NCBI GenBank assembly: GCA_934121925.1
Contig: CAKOVK010000001.1
Coordinates: forward strand, 59,217-123,216
Direction: 5' to 3'
From: an uncultured Clostridia bacterium
GTDB lineage: Bacteria > Bacillota > Clostridia > TANB77 > CAG-508
DNA length: 64,000 nt
Positions 22,343 through 33,350 of the stretch are shown here, piece after piece. The position numbers and the translations under genes were made by a program. The notes under the pieces were generated by a model. It searched no databases and was not told the DNA's origin. It saw nothing but the letters and a program-made list of their open reading frames with translations. Numbering within the stretch: position 1 is the stretch's first letter; each line of letters begins with the position of its first letter.

Positions 22343-24429
22343 TTATTTTCTACTAAATTTACGTTCTATTTCATATTTACTCATTTTTATTGCAGTTGGT
22401 CTTCCATGTGGACAAGTAAATGGATTTCTTAGAACTAATAATTGTTTCATTAAATTGTCAACCTCTTCTTTAGTTAGTTTCATATTAGCTTTTACTGCCG
22501 CTTTACAAGCTACTGTACTTATAAATTTTTCTTCTTTTTCTTGTGTTGCAGTTATTGCCACTGTATCTATTTCATCTAGTAATTGCAAAAACAATTCTTT
22601 TGTATCTAAGTCCATACATAGAGAAGGTACACCTATTAACCTTATTGTGTTTTCTCCAAATTCTTCAAATATAAATCCAGCTTTTTTAAATAATTCTGTA
22701 TTTTCTTTTACTATATCTTTTTCTTTGTGTGAAAGATTTATAATATCTGGAAGTAGCATTATTTGAGAATCCTTTTCTTTATCACTATAAAAATTCTCTT
22801 TTACTTTTTCATACATTATTCTTTCATGAGCTGCATGCTGATCTATTATATATATTTCATCTTTTATCTCTATAACGATGTATGTTGAAAACAATGCTCC
22901 TATATATTTATAGTTTGGTATAGCTTTATATTCTTCTTTTTCTTCAAAAACAGACATATTCTTTACTGAACTTAAATCTATACTTGGAGCTTTTGTTTCT
23001 TCTTTATTTTCTTCTACTTCTGGTAACTTTCCAAATGTTTTTACATACATTTCGTTAAAATCTTGTTTAGTACTTTTAATCTCATTTGTTTCTTTGTCCA
23101 TATCTTTTTGTAAATTTAGTATTTCTGTCATTTTACCAACTTGTTCTTCTGTTGGTATTTTAAAATCTTTATTAGAATTATTGTTATTTTCTATATCTTC
23201 ATTTTTCAAATTATTTTTACTATTATATAATTCTTGTATAGTATTTCTATTGTTTATGTCTGCTAGTTCTTCTGTTTCTGTGTTTTTCTTAAATAAATTT
23301 ATAAAGCTTGGCATTTTCATAGTCTGGCTTTTTGTTTCTTCTTGAGCTTTGCTCTCTTCATTTAATACGATATTATTTGACTCTATTATTTGCTCTTTAG
23401 TATTCTGTTCAATATTTTTTTCAGAATCTTTTACTAATTCTTCTTTTAATAGACTTTCTTTAATAGCATGATAAATAGCTTTAAACACTTTTTGTTCCTC
23501 AGACCATCTTATTTCTAGCTTAGTTGGATGTACGTTTACATCTATTTTCTTAGGTTCAATTTCAACATTTAAAACTAAAAATCCATATTTTCCAATAGTA
23601 AGCAAACCTTTAAAAGCTTGTTCTGCAGCTGCTGATAATGTTTTATCTTTTATATATCTTCTATTTACAAAAAACAATTGGTAACTTCTATTTCCCCTTG
23701 CTATTTCTGGTTTTCCTACTACACCACTTATTTTTATATCTTCATATTCATAAGATACATCTATAATTCCTTCTGCAATTTCTTTTCCATATATACTATA
23801 CACTGTATTTTTTAAATCCCTTGTTCCTGTTGTTTGTATAATAGTTTTATTGCCATTTATTAATTTTATTGCTATCTGTGGATTTGCTAGTGCTATTCTT
23901 GTTATTACATCTTCTATGTAACCTGCTTCTGTAAAATCCTTTTTTAAGAATTTATATCTAACTGGAGTATTAAAAAATAAATTCTTAACTGTTATTGTTG
24001 TTCCTATTGTTGCTGCAATTTCTTGAGATTCTAAAACTTTTCCACCTTCTACTACAATTCTATCTCCACTTTCTTCTTTTTCTGTTCTAGATATCATTTC
24101 TACATTAGCAATTGCTGCAATACTGGCTAAAGCTTCTCCTCTAAACCCCATTGATTTTACACTTTCCAAATCCGCTGCTTCTCTAATCTTACTTGTAGCA
24201 TGCCTTTCAAAAGCAAATTCCATATCATCTTTAGATATTCCGAGATCCATTATCTATAATTCTTATTTTACTAATTCCACCATTTTGTATTTCTACTGTT
24301 ACTTTATTTGCACCTGCATCTATTGAATTTTCTACTAATTCTTTTACCACAGATGCTGGTCTTTCAATAACCTCACCGGCAGCAATTTTATTTATTGTTA
24401 ATTCATCTAATAATACAATTTTACCCAAT
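22343..24429 (-). CDS. mutL: DNA mismatch repair protein MutL. The frame is interrupted at an in-frame CGG (plus-strand ccg 24240-24242). Probable TTG start with RBS AAGGAGG.
   Basis: (L)[39 protein letters not shown]...IIDNGS|RNI* continues in +1 as [19 protein letters not shown]..., the conserved DNGxGI motif. Confidence 0.85.
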
Positions 24430-24648
24430 TTAAATTCCTCCTTAAATCTATTTTGAATTATATCATTAAATAAAAAAAATGTATATTTTTTCACAAAATT
24501 TTTCTAATATCAATTATAAATTGTTGCATCTCTAGTCCTTTTTTGATTTTTTACTCAAATTATAGTATAATATATGTATGTAGTAAATCTACATATTATT
24601 ATTACTGACCTATTGGTTAGTAGCCCCTAAAAAGGGCAAGGAGAAAAC

Positions 24649-24873
24649 ATGATGATTATAACAACAAAATCCGGCAGCGAGTACATCTTCTCAAAGCATG
24701 ATGGAAATTTATGGATTTCCAAAGGTCTTATGGAAGGTGTTGTGATAAAACATTCGGTTTTTGAAATAGGCTCTATATTGGAAGTCTATTTTCGTAAAAT
24801 GAATTGTTTTGGAGAGCTTGACTCTTACACTAGTTTTTTAAGAACTACTGATGTTATTGTTAGTATTTCTTAA
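24649..24873 (+). CDS. Hypothetical small protein.
   Basis: 74-aa ORF with RBS AAGGAGAAAAC and a downstream terminator at 24879-24911 (GGAACCCTAT..ATAGGGTTCC plus T-run). Codon usage is atypical. Confidence 0.4.
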   Translation: MMIITTKSGSEYIFSKHDGNLWISKGLMEGVVIKHSVFEIGSILEVYFRKMNCFGELDSYTSFLRTTDVIVSIS

Positions 24874-24909
24874 AAAATGGAACCCTATCTTATAGGGTTC
24901 CTCTCCTTT

Positions 24910-25809
24910 TTATATCATTGATGCTCCTATCATTCCTGCATCATTTTTTAGTTTTGCTATTAAAATTTTAGGAATTTGTTCTTTATTATATAATTCTGTT
25001 TTTTTATTAATTTTATCTTGTAACCTTTTTAATAATATTCCATAATGTCCAAAGCTTCCGCCTATCGATATTGCTTGTGGTTCAAATATATTTATTAAAT
25101 TTGCTATTCCTATTTGTAAATCTTCTACATATTCATCTAGCATTTTATTTAATTTATCGTTTCCTTGATTTTCTTCCATAAATTCTCTTATTTTTATACC
25201 ATCTATTGTATTTAAGTTAAATTCTTTGCTTATTTTTTCTTTTAATCTCCTCATAGAACAATATGTTTCAAAGCATCCTTTTCTTCCGCAATTACACTTG
25301 ATTCCATTTTTATTTATAACCATATGTCCTACTTCAAAACCAGAATATCTTTTAGGTTTTAAAAGTTTTCCATCTAAAAAGGCAGCTCCTCCTACTCCTG
25401 TACCAATAATTAAAAAAAGTGCATCATCGTATTCCTTTAAACTTCCAAACTTTTTTTCTGCTATTGCAGCACATTTTGCATCGTTTTCTATGTATATTGG
25501 AAGTTTAAATTCCTTTTCTAATTTTGTTACAACTTCTAAATTTTCAATTCCTAAATTTTCTGCTTTTATTACTGAAGTTTCTGATACTGTCCCTGGAAAG
25601 GCTATTCCTATACTTTCTATATTTTCTTTTTTTATTGAATTTTCCTTTAGTATTTCCCTTATAAGACTAACAATTGTTTCCAATACAATACAGGACATAT
25701 CTTTTTCTATTTTTTCGTAATCTTTTTCTTTTTTTAGTATCAGCTCTCCCTCTTTATTTACAAGTCCCAATCCAATATGACTTCCACCAACGTCAATACC
25801 AATTTTCAT
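24910..25809 (-). CDS. glcK: ROK-family glucokinase.
   Basis: MKIGIDVGGSHIGLGLV... and the ROK Zn motif ...GIKCNCGRKGCFETYCS. Confidence 0.8.
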   Translation of the reverse strand: MKIGIDVGGSHIGLGLVNKEGELILKKEKDYEKIEKDMSCIVLETIVSLIREILKENSIKKENIESIGIAFPGTVSETSVIKAENLGIENLEVVTKLEKEFKLPIYIENDAKCAAIAEKKFGSLKEYDDALFLIIGTGVGGAAFLDGKLLKPKRYSGFEVGHMVINKNGIKCNCGRKGCFETYCSMRRLKEKISKEFNLNTIDGIKIREFMEENQGNDKLNKMLDEYVEDLQIGIANLINIFEPQAISIGGSFGHYGILLKRLQDKINKKTELYNKEQIPKILIAKLKNDAGMIGASMI

Positions 25810-25825
25810 AATATTCCTCCATAAT

Positions 25826-25858
25826 AAATTGTAATTTGCGCTACAAATTACAATTTAT
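25826..25858. repeat. Minimal palindrome AAATTGTAATTTG-cgct-CAAATTACAATTT.
   Basis: Perfect 13-bp inverted repeat identical to the terminal inverted repeats of the elements at 36026-36140 and 45789-46020. Confidence 0.6.
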
Positions 25859-27214
25859 AAGTATGCTGAGAATAACCAAGTACCCATATATACATATATC
25901 AATGGTACTAATACTATTACTGTTACAAATATCAATAATAATCCAACTATTAAATATACAATTTGTGGTAACACTTTCATTATTCTTTGTATAATATTAT
26001 CTATATCAATATCTAAATATTCTAATAATTTTTCCATCATTTCTGCTAAGTCAGATTGCATACCTATTTTTAACATTTCTGTTATCATTGGGCTTGATAA
26101 TCCTGATTGTTCAAATGGTTCTATCCAACTTTGTCCAATTAGTATATTATTGATTGAAGCTTCTATTAGAGATAACATTACTAAATTGTTTGTAATATTT
26201 TTACTGGTTTCTAAAGCCTCTTGTATTCTCATTCCATTTTTTAAGTTTAATAGTATTGCTCTTATCAGCCTAGAAAAATCTATTGCATAAATAAGTTTTC
26301 CAAATATTGGCATCTTGTACTTAAAGTAGTGATAATTATATCTTCCATGTGGCGTTCTAACATATATAATTATTCCTACAATAATTCCTATTATTATAAA
26401 TGTTGGAATATACCAATATTGCACTAAATCATCTAGCACACCTTTAAACCACAATGTTGGTGCCGGTAATTGATCCTCGCTTCCAACTTCTTCAAATACT
26501 TTTTGTATACCAGGTATTGCAACAAGTGTTCCTATCATTAATAGTGCAAGTAGTCCTAAAAACATCACTAAATTAGGAACTAGAATTTTTCTTAATCTTT
26601 TTGTCATAGCTTCGCTATCTTCCAAATATTTTACTGCCTGTTCTAAAGCTCTTGTTAATGAACCGTGATAATTCTCCTACTTTTATCATGTTAATATAAA
26701 TCGGCGGAAACACTCCTGTATAATACTCCATAGTAGTATACATATTTTCTCCTGCTTCTACTCCTAATAATATATCTTCTATTATTGCTCTAAAAGAATC
26801 ATTTTCTGTTGTTTCTATAATTGTTGATAATGCATGTATATTATTAAAATTAGCTTTTTTTAATAGATAAAAACTTTGTGTAAAAATAACAATATCTCTA
26901 TTTGTAATATTAACATTGCTAAAAAGTGCTTTTTTGGCTTTTTCAAAAAAACTATTTCCCTTTGAATTAATATTTCTTGCAATCTCCTGTTCTCTAACAG
27001 TTTTTAATACGCTGTTACTACTCTCTATATTTCTTTTTTGTTTTTTCATTATTTTACTAGCTCTAGTACTAATTTTTATTTGAGTAACAGTTATTGGTAG
27101 CAAGCCATTTTCCTTAAGTTTTTTCATTAGTGTATATCTGCTTATTGCTTCTACTTTTCTATTATATACAATTTGACCTTCTGAATTTGCTGCTTTATAA
27201 TTGTATAAAGGCAT
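25855..27214 (-). CDS. pilC: Type IV pilus platform protein PilC (GspF family). The frame is interrupted at an in-frame CGG (plus-strand ccg 26663-26665).
   Basis: The first GspF repeat ends ...MIKVGELS|RFIN... In +1 it reads GSLTRALEQAVKYLEDSEAMTKRLRKILVPNLVMF..., continuous with the second half. Confidence 0.75.
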
Positions 27215-27234
27215 ATATATCCTCCAATCCTATA

Positions 27235-28332
27235 TTATCCTCTCTTTATTTTCATTTGCATTATTGTTCTATTTAATATTTCTATGTTCTTTTCTTCTAT
27301 CTGTGATTTTGCTTGTGCTAGACTAATCTTCTCATCAACAAATAATTTTGCAATTGAATTTATTAAACTAACATTTCCTTTATCACTATTACTTTGTATT
27401 GCATCTTCTAGTTCAGACACACTGAATCTTTCTTTTCTTATACATCCAGCAACTACATTATCTACAACCATAACTTCTGGTAATAATACTAATTTTCCAT
27501 CTAATCCTTTTAAAAGTCTCTGCGATATAACTAGTTTTAGTAAAGATGACATTAAATATTTTATACTTGCTTGATCTCTTACTTCATAAAAGTTTATCAT
27601 TCTATCTATTGTTTCTGCACAAGATTTAGTATGTAGTGTTCCTATTACTAAATGCCCAGATTCTGCCATATCTATTGCTGCTTCCATTGTTTCTTTATCT
27701 CTTATCTCTCCTATAACTAATATGTCACAATCTTCTCTTAATGAATTTTTTACGCCATCTCTAAAATTTAATACATCTCCGCCTCTTCCAACTTCTTTTT
27801 GTACTATTATAGATTTTTTACATGTATGTTTAAATTCTATTGGCTTTTCCAAAGTTAAGATTTTCTTATTTTGTGTTTCATTTATTTCGTTTATTAATGC
27901 GTTTAATGTCGTTGTTTTTCCGGAATTTGTTTTTCCTGTAACTAGTATTAGTCCCTGAGGTTGTAATGTCATTCTTCTTACTATATCTGGCACTCCCAAT
28001 TCTTCAAATTTTGGAAGAGTATTTTTTATAATTCTTAAAGTAAAAATAGGCATATCATCGGCTGATGAAATATTAACTCTTAGTCTAACATCTCCATATT
28101 CATATGATGTATCTAATCTTTTCACTTCTTTATATATTTCATCTTTATCTATGTTACCTCTAACAAAATAATCATATGCATCATATAAATCTGACTCTGC
28201 TAAAACTTCTTCTTCCTCTATTTCCACTAATTCTCTTGAAATTCTCATTATTGGTTTTAGCCCTTTAATTAAATGTATATCTGATGCATCATTTTTTATA
28301 GCAATATCCAGAACTTTATTTATGTTTATCAT
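27235..28332 (-). CDS. pilT: Twitching-motility ATPase PilT.
   Basis: Walker A ...LVTGKTNSGKTTTLNAL..., and the His box ...GHLVIGTLHT typical of PilT. Confidence 0.85.
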   Translation of the reverse strand: MININKVLDIAIKNDASDIHLIKGLKPIMRISRELVEIEEEEVLAESDLYDAYDYFVRGNIDKDEIYKEVKRLDTSYEYGDVRLRVNISSADDMPIFTLRIIKNTLPKFEELGVPDIVRRMTLQPQGLILVTGKTNSGKTTTLNALINEINETQNKKILTLEKPIEFKHTCKKSIIVQKEVGRGGDVLNFRDGVKNSLREDCDILVIGEIRDKETMEAAIDMAESGHLVIGTLHTKSCAETIDRMINFYEVRDQASIKYLMSSLLKLVISQRLLKGLDGKLVLLPEVMVVDNVVAGCIRKERFSVSELEDAIQSNSDKGNVSLINSIAKLFVDEKISLAQAKSQIEEKNIEILNRTIMQMKIKRG

Positions 28333-28352
28333 TTTATCCTCCTTAATTTTCT

Positions 28353-29981
28353 TTAGTATAATATTAGTTTTCTATTTATTTCTTCCAAAGTAGTTATTCC
28401 ATTGATAACTTTGTTTATACCATCTACTAGTAATGGTTTATATGTGCCTTTTAGTGCTTCTTCTCTAACTTCTATACTCGATGCACCATTTACTATTAAT
28501 TCTTTTATGTTATCTTCTATATTTAAAACCTCATATATACCTATTCTTTCATAATATCCGCTATTATTACATTCTTTACAGCCAACAGCCTCATATGTGT
28601 ATTTGCCTTCTAGATTAAAATTAGTATTATATTTTTCACCAATTTGTAATATAAGTTTTTTTTCTTGTTCTGTAAATTCCCTTTGTCTTGCACATTTTTT
28701 ACATATTTTTCTTACTAATCTTTGAGAAACGGTAGTTCCTATTGTACTAGAAATATCATAGTTAGAAATTCCCATTTTTCTAAGTCTAGTTATGACTTCT
28801 ATTGCATCAATTGTATGAATAGTAGATAAAACATAATGGCCTGTTTGTCCAGCCTGGAATGCTATTTCCGCCGTTTCTTTATCTCTTATTTCTCCAAGTA
28901 AAATTATATCTGGGTCTTGTCTTAAAACAGTCCTTAGTGAATCTGAAAATCTAAGTTTTTCATTTATTTCAATTTGATTTAGTCCTGGTATACGTATTTC
29001 CACAGGGTCTTCTATTGTAGTTATATTTATTTCTGGTCTATTTAAATAATCTATTATACTATACAGTGTTGTTGTCTTTCCCTCTCCTGTAGGTGCTGCA
29101 ATTATAGTTATGCTATTTCTCTTATTAAAACTTGTTTTTATTAGTTTCTTATCATCTGGAAATCCTAAATCTGTAAGACCTCTAATATTTAAGTTTTTCT
29201 TTAATAATCTTAATACAAATTTTTCTCCATATATATTTTTTTGCGAAGAAACACGTATATTATAGTCAGGATACATTATAATTCTACCATCTTGTGATTC
29301 TTGCTTTTCTTGGAACATATTTGATATTGCTTTTAATCTACCTATAATTTGGCTTTGTTTCTCTTTAGCTATCTTTGCAGCTGTTATCAATTCTCCATCT
29401 ATTCTATATCTTACCCTAAGCTCATTCTCCAGTGGTTCAATGTGTATATCACTTGCTCTCTTTTTCATTGCATTTCTTATTATACTATCTACCAGCCCTG
29501 TTGTATCTACATTTGAATTAATATTTTCTGTTGCTGCTCCTTCTAAAGATTGCAATATATCATCAATATTTTTCTCAAATGTTATATATCTTTCCATTAT
29601 TAATCCTTTATTTAAAAGAATTAACCTAACTGTATCTACTGATTTTCTGTTTAATGTGTCAGAAAAACATACCTTTACTTTATTACCACTTATATCAAAT
29701 GGTATTGCCTTGTTGTTTCTTGCGACATCCATAGAAATATAATCTGAAATATTTAAATTAATATCATTTTTTGTTAATATAATTGATTTTTCATCTAATA
29801 TATCTCCTAAAGCTTCTATTAACTGATATTCATCACATAAATGTAATATATTAATAATTTCAATAATTTTCTTATTTGGATTTTCTTTTTGATAATCTAA
29901 AGCTTTATTAATATCTTCTTCAGTTACAAGACCTCTCCTTACTAACTCTATACCTATTGGTCCTCTTCTTTTGTTATCCAT
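28353..29981 (-). CDS. pilB: Type IV pilus assembly ATPase PilB (GspE family).
   Basis: ...IIAAPTGEGKTTTLYS...GEIRDKETAEIAFQAGQTGHYVLSTIHT... plus C-terminal Zn-binding CKKCARQ...CKECNNSGY. Confidence 0.85.
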   Translation of the reverse strand: MDNKRRGPIGIELVRRGLVTEEDINKALDYQKENPNKKIIEIINILHLCDEYQLIEALGDILDEKSIILTKNDINLNISDYISMDVARNNKAIPFDISGNKVKVCFSDTLNRKSVDTVRLILLNKGLIMERYITFEKNIDDILQSLEGAATENINSNVDTTGLVDSIIRNAMKKRASDIHIEPLENELRVRYRIDGELITAAKIAKEKQSQIIGRLKAISNMFQEKQESQDGRIIMYPDYNIRVSSQKNIYGEKFVLRLLKKNLNIRGLTDLGFPDDKKLIKTSFNKRNSITIIAAPTGEGKTTTLYSIIDYLNRPEINITTIEDPVEIRIPGLNQIEINEKLRFSDSLRTVLRQDPDIILLGEIRDKETAEIAFQAGQTGHYVLSTIHTIDAIEVITRLRKMGISNYDISSTIGTTVSQRLVRKICKKCARQREFTEQEKKLILQIGEKYNTNFNLEGKYTYEAVGCKECNNSGYYERIGIYEVLNIEDNIKELIVNGASSIEVREEALKGTYKPLLVDGINKVINGITTLEEINRKLILY

Positions 29982-30067
29982 GCTCTGTCCTCCTTTTGTA
30001 TATATTTATTATAATATATTTTTATGATGTTTTATATACAATTTTAATAATTACATAAATTTTCTAA

Positions 30068-30919
30068 CTAAATTTCTTCCCATATTCCTGTAGAATTCTC
30101 TGCAAATATACTTCCTAAAATATATTGGTCTCCAATATCTAATAACTTTTCGTACTCTCCCTGTTCTTCTAAATAATTATTTGTATTGCTGAACAAATAT
30201 TTTATATCTTCTGAATTATTAACATTAATAGCATATCTAGGGACCCATCTATATTTAGCATCTATTTTTTCTATGCTTTCTCCTTCTTTTAAATCTTCTG
30301 TAGTTACAATAGCTATAGCATAAATACCATTTGAATAATTATACCAGGTCATATCATTTTCATTGCACACAGTATATCCTTCATTGTTTTGTTTTACTGG
30401 GTAAACTTTTTCTTGGTCATTTAATTGTATTAAGCTTAATTCTGGTCTATTTGGAGTTATAATATTTTCTCTATTTTTGTTTTTTTTCATTTCAATTGAT
30501 TGGTCTTTATTCCCTAATTTGTATTTTACTGTTGCAGTAACTTCTTTAACTAAATCTAATTTCTCTTCATTACCAGTAATTTCATTATATTTTTGTACTT
30601 TTATTATTATTTTAAATGGAGCCTGTACTGGTGTGTCTTGATTATTTACAGCTTGTACTTCTGTGCTCTCATATTTTTCATTTACATATGATAGTAAATT
30701 TTCATCATTTACATCTTCATAATATAATTTATCTACATATTCAAATATATCTATTATATAATTGTTTGCTTTGCTCATTCTTTTTAAAGAAGCATTAGAT
30801 AAATAAATATTATATGCTAAAGTTGCTATTATTCCTGTAAATATTGTTATTATTATTATTGCTATTAATGCATCAGAAGCAGCAAATCCATCATTATTTT
30901 TTAACTTTACTTTTTTCAT
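30068..30919 (-). CDS. Prepilin-type minor pilin / pilus-associated protein.
   Basis: N-terminal DGFAASDALIAIIIITIF is a prepilin-like hydrophobic segment, followed by a 250-aa variable domain. Confidence 0.45.
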   Translation of the reverse strand: MKKVKLKNNDGFAASDALIAIIIITIFTGIIATLAYNIYLSNASLKRMSKANNYIIDIFEYVDKLYYEDVNDENLLSYVNEKYESTEVQAVNNQDTPVQAPFKIIIKVQKYNEITGNEEKLDLVKEVTATVKYKLGNKDQSIEMKKNKNRENIITPNRPELSLIQLNDQEKVYPVKQNNEGYTVCNENDMTWYNYSNGIYAIAIVTTEDLKEGESIEKIDAKYRWVPRYAINVNNSEDIKYLFSNTNNYLEEQGEYEKLLDIGDQYILGSIFAENSTGIWEEI

Positions 30920-30954
30920 AGTAATCTCCTTGTCAAAGTTCTCAGTTTGTAATA

Positions 30955-31737
30955 TCAGCTTAAAAAATTATATATTATCAATATTAATATATTTGAAAAA
31001 CACAAGTAAAATCCTAAAGGATTTTTCATATTGCCATCAGTATTGTTATTTTTTTGATTAGTTTTTATATTATATATAATTTGGCTTACACTAGAAACTA
31101 GTAATGCCACTGCTATACTAATAACTGTAATTACTGGATTAGTTCCTATAGCTAAATATAAGCATAAATTTAGTATTTGAAATGTATATTGTTTTTGTTT
31201 TAAAAGGCTTATATTTGTAATTATAATTGCTATCAAAGTTATTATATATATTACATATTTATACATATTATTGTTTAATATATATAAATATATTATATAC
31301 ATTGCTGCAATAATTAGGCCAAATAGTAATACTGATTTAGAAATATAGTTATTCTCTTTATCAATTCCTCCAATTATAAATAAAGTGGAAATGTAAAAGA
31401 ATCCAAATATTAAATATATTATTTTTAATATATTTATATTATATATGTTTATTTTTAGAGATAGAGCGAATAATAGAAATAATAATCCAGAAAAAACTTC
31501 TAAGCAAATATATCTTGCCCTTATTTTTTCTTTGCAGTATCTACACTTTCCTCCTAAAAATATATAACTTAAAATAGGTATCATATCCCAAAAACCTAAT
31601 TTATGATTGCATTTAGGGCAATATGATCTTTTATGTGTTATATCTTGTTTTAAAGGTAGTCTATATATTGCAAGTGAAAAAAAACTTCCAAGAAGTGTAC
31701 CTATTATAAATATTGCTAAATATATTATTATTTCCAA
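30955..31737 (-). CDS. pilD: Prepilin peptidase (A24 family).
   Basis: N-terminal Zn-binding CPKCNHKL...CRYCKEKI followed by a polytopic membrane domain. Confidence 0.85.
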   Translation of the reverse strand: MEIIIYLAIFIIGTLLGSFFSLAIYRLPLKQDITHKRSYCPKCNHKLGFWDMIPILSYIFLGGKCRYCKEKIRARYICLEVFSGLLFLLFALSLKINIYNINILKIIYLIFGFFYISTLFIIGGIDKENNYISKSVLLFGLIIAAMYIIYLYILNNNMYKYVIYIITLIAIIITNISLLKQKQYTFQILNLCLYLAIGTNPVITVISIAVALLVSSVSQIIYNIKTNQKNNNTDGNMKNPLGFYLCFSNILILIIYNFLS

Positions 31738-31828
31738 TTTTATTTGCTCCTTTATAGCATTTTAGGCATATACATATAAAATGCACATGCCATTCAATGT
31801 TGTTATTGTTAGCTTTCAATAATATTTA

Positions 31829-32056
31829 TTATTGCCAATCTGTAACATTATGTTCTTCACCATTAACTGTAACTTTTCCGCTAGATAGATTTAATTCAGC
31901 ATTTCTAGCTTCTTGTGTGTTGTTAGCGGCATCTTTAGCTGTATTAAATAGTCCTCCATTTAAAGCAACTGTTATACTAACACCAACTAATATTAACATT
32001 ACTATAATTGTAATAACTAAAGCTACTAATGTTATACCTTTTTGTTCTTTCATCAT
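31829..32056 (-). CDS. pilA: Type IV major pilin.
   Basis: KGITLVALVITIIVMLILVGVS is a class III signal with a hydrophobic helix. Short 75-aa pilin. Confidence 0.65.
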   Translation of the reverse strand: MMKEQKGITLVALVITIIVMLILVGVSITVALNGGLFNTAKDAANNTQEARNAELNLSSGKVTVNGEEHNVTDWQ

Positions 32057-32107
32057 TTGTTTCCCTCCTTTATTTTTATATATCTATATTATTTAAATTA
32101 AATAATA

Positions 32108-32500
32108 TCAAAACTTACCAGATTTATTATAATAAACCTCTTTATTTTCTGCATTTGATACATTGTTATTAGAATTTATATTATTATTTGTTAATCCTGT
32201 AGAATTTTCTGTGCTCGTAATTGAAAATGGATTTGGGTTTCCTTTATTATAATCTTTTTTAGATTCGTATGCATCTAAATCTGTTTCATCTAAATAGTGC
32301 GTAATTATTATATTCTGCCCTTCTTCAACATTCCCTTGTAGCTCCGTCTTTATATCCTCTGAAAATTCATATGCTTGTCTTTTTACTGGTATGCTTTTAT
32401 TTTTAGGAATGTAATCATAAAATACTATTCCAATTGCTAATATTATAGCTAGTATTAATAATATAACAATTCCAACTTCTTTTGCAATACTTTTTAGCAT
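32108..32500 (-). CDS. Pilus assembly protein with N-terminal TM.
   Basis: Single TM plus Asn-rich periplasmic tail within the pilus cluster. Confidence 0.4.
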   Translation of the reverse strand: MLKSIAKEVGIVILLILAIILAIGIVFYDYIPKNKSIPVKRQAYEFSEDIKTELQGNVEEGQNIIITHYLDETDLDAYESKKDYNKGNPNPFSITSTENSTGLTNNNINSNNNVSNAENKEVYYNKSGKF

Positions 32501-32516
32501 AAAAACCTCCTTAGTT

Positions 32517-33332
32517 TTAATCTAATGTTATTCCAATATTTTCTACTTTGAAAGTAGCTTCAACCCATTTAGGATCATATACTGTAGTTGAATTATTGTT
32601 ATTAGCGCTGTTTGTAGTAGTATTTGCGGCTGTATTGTTATTGCTAGAATTGTTTTGTGTATTTTTCGTATTATTAGTTGAATTTTCTAATGCTGAACTT
32701 GTTATTTGAAAGATAAAACTAAATGGATTTATTTTTGTTGTTTTTTTATTTTTTGTATCTCCATCTATTGTGGTAGTTATAGTTGTTGTAGTTGTATATG
32801 GTTGTATAGATAGATTTTTTACTTCAAAGTTTAACTGTTCGTCATCTTCTATATCATATAAAAAATCTGTAATTCCTATATAACTTCCTACTAAAGTAAT
32901 TTGTAAATCATATACATCTTTTGTTTTGGTTGTTTTTAAGTCTAAATTTAAGGATTTTAAATTTTCCTCTTTCTTATAATTTCCTAATATAGCCCATAAG
33001 TAGTGGATTTTATATGTTTTAACTTCTAGTGCTCCAACTTTTTCTCCCTCTGAATTATATTTAGTTTTGTTTTCGTATTCTTGTTTACTTTTTTTCAACG
33101 CTTCTATTGCATCCTCTAACTCCTTATATTCGTTAGGATATGTTTGATTATTCAGTTCATTTGCATTATATAGTTTGTCAGTCACTTCTTGGCTTGCCTG
33201 CTTTATTTCTTGAATACTTTTTACATTAAACAATTTGATTCCATGCCAAATTAAAAAGTAGTTAGAAATTAACAATAATACAATTAAAATTGACATTAAT
33301 ATTTTTTTCACATTATTCTCCTTTAAATTCAT
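32517..33332 (-). CDS. PilO/PilN-like pilus assembly protein.
   Basis: N-terminal TM, coiled coil, and a Thr/Asn-rich low-complexity tail. Confidence 0.45.
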   Translation of the reverse strand: MNLKENNVKKILMSILIVLLLISNYFLIWHGIKLFNVKSIQEIKQASQEVTDKLYNANELNNQTYPNEYKELEDAIEALKKSKQEYENKTKYNSEGEKVGALEVKTYKIHYLWAILGNYKKEENLKSLNLDLKTTKTKDVYDLQITLVGSYIGITDFLYDIEDDEQLNFEVKNLSIQPYTTTTTITTTIDGDTKNKKTTKINPFSFIFQITSSALENSTNNTKNTQNNSSNNNTAANTTTNSANNNNSTTVYDPKWVEATFKVENIGITLD

Positions 33333-33350
33333 ATAAATACAATATTTTAA

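Noticed and set aside
24430-24494. ATG-initiated extension of mutL ([22 protein letters not shown]).
   Set aside because: No RBS upstream. The conserved MutL N-terminus begins at the TTG at 24429-24427, which is preceded by AAGGAGG.
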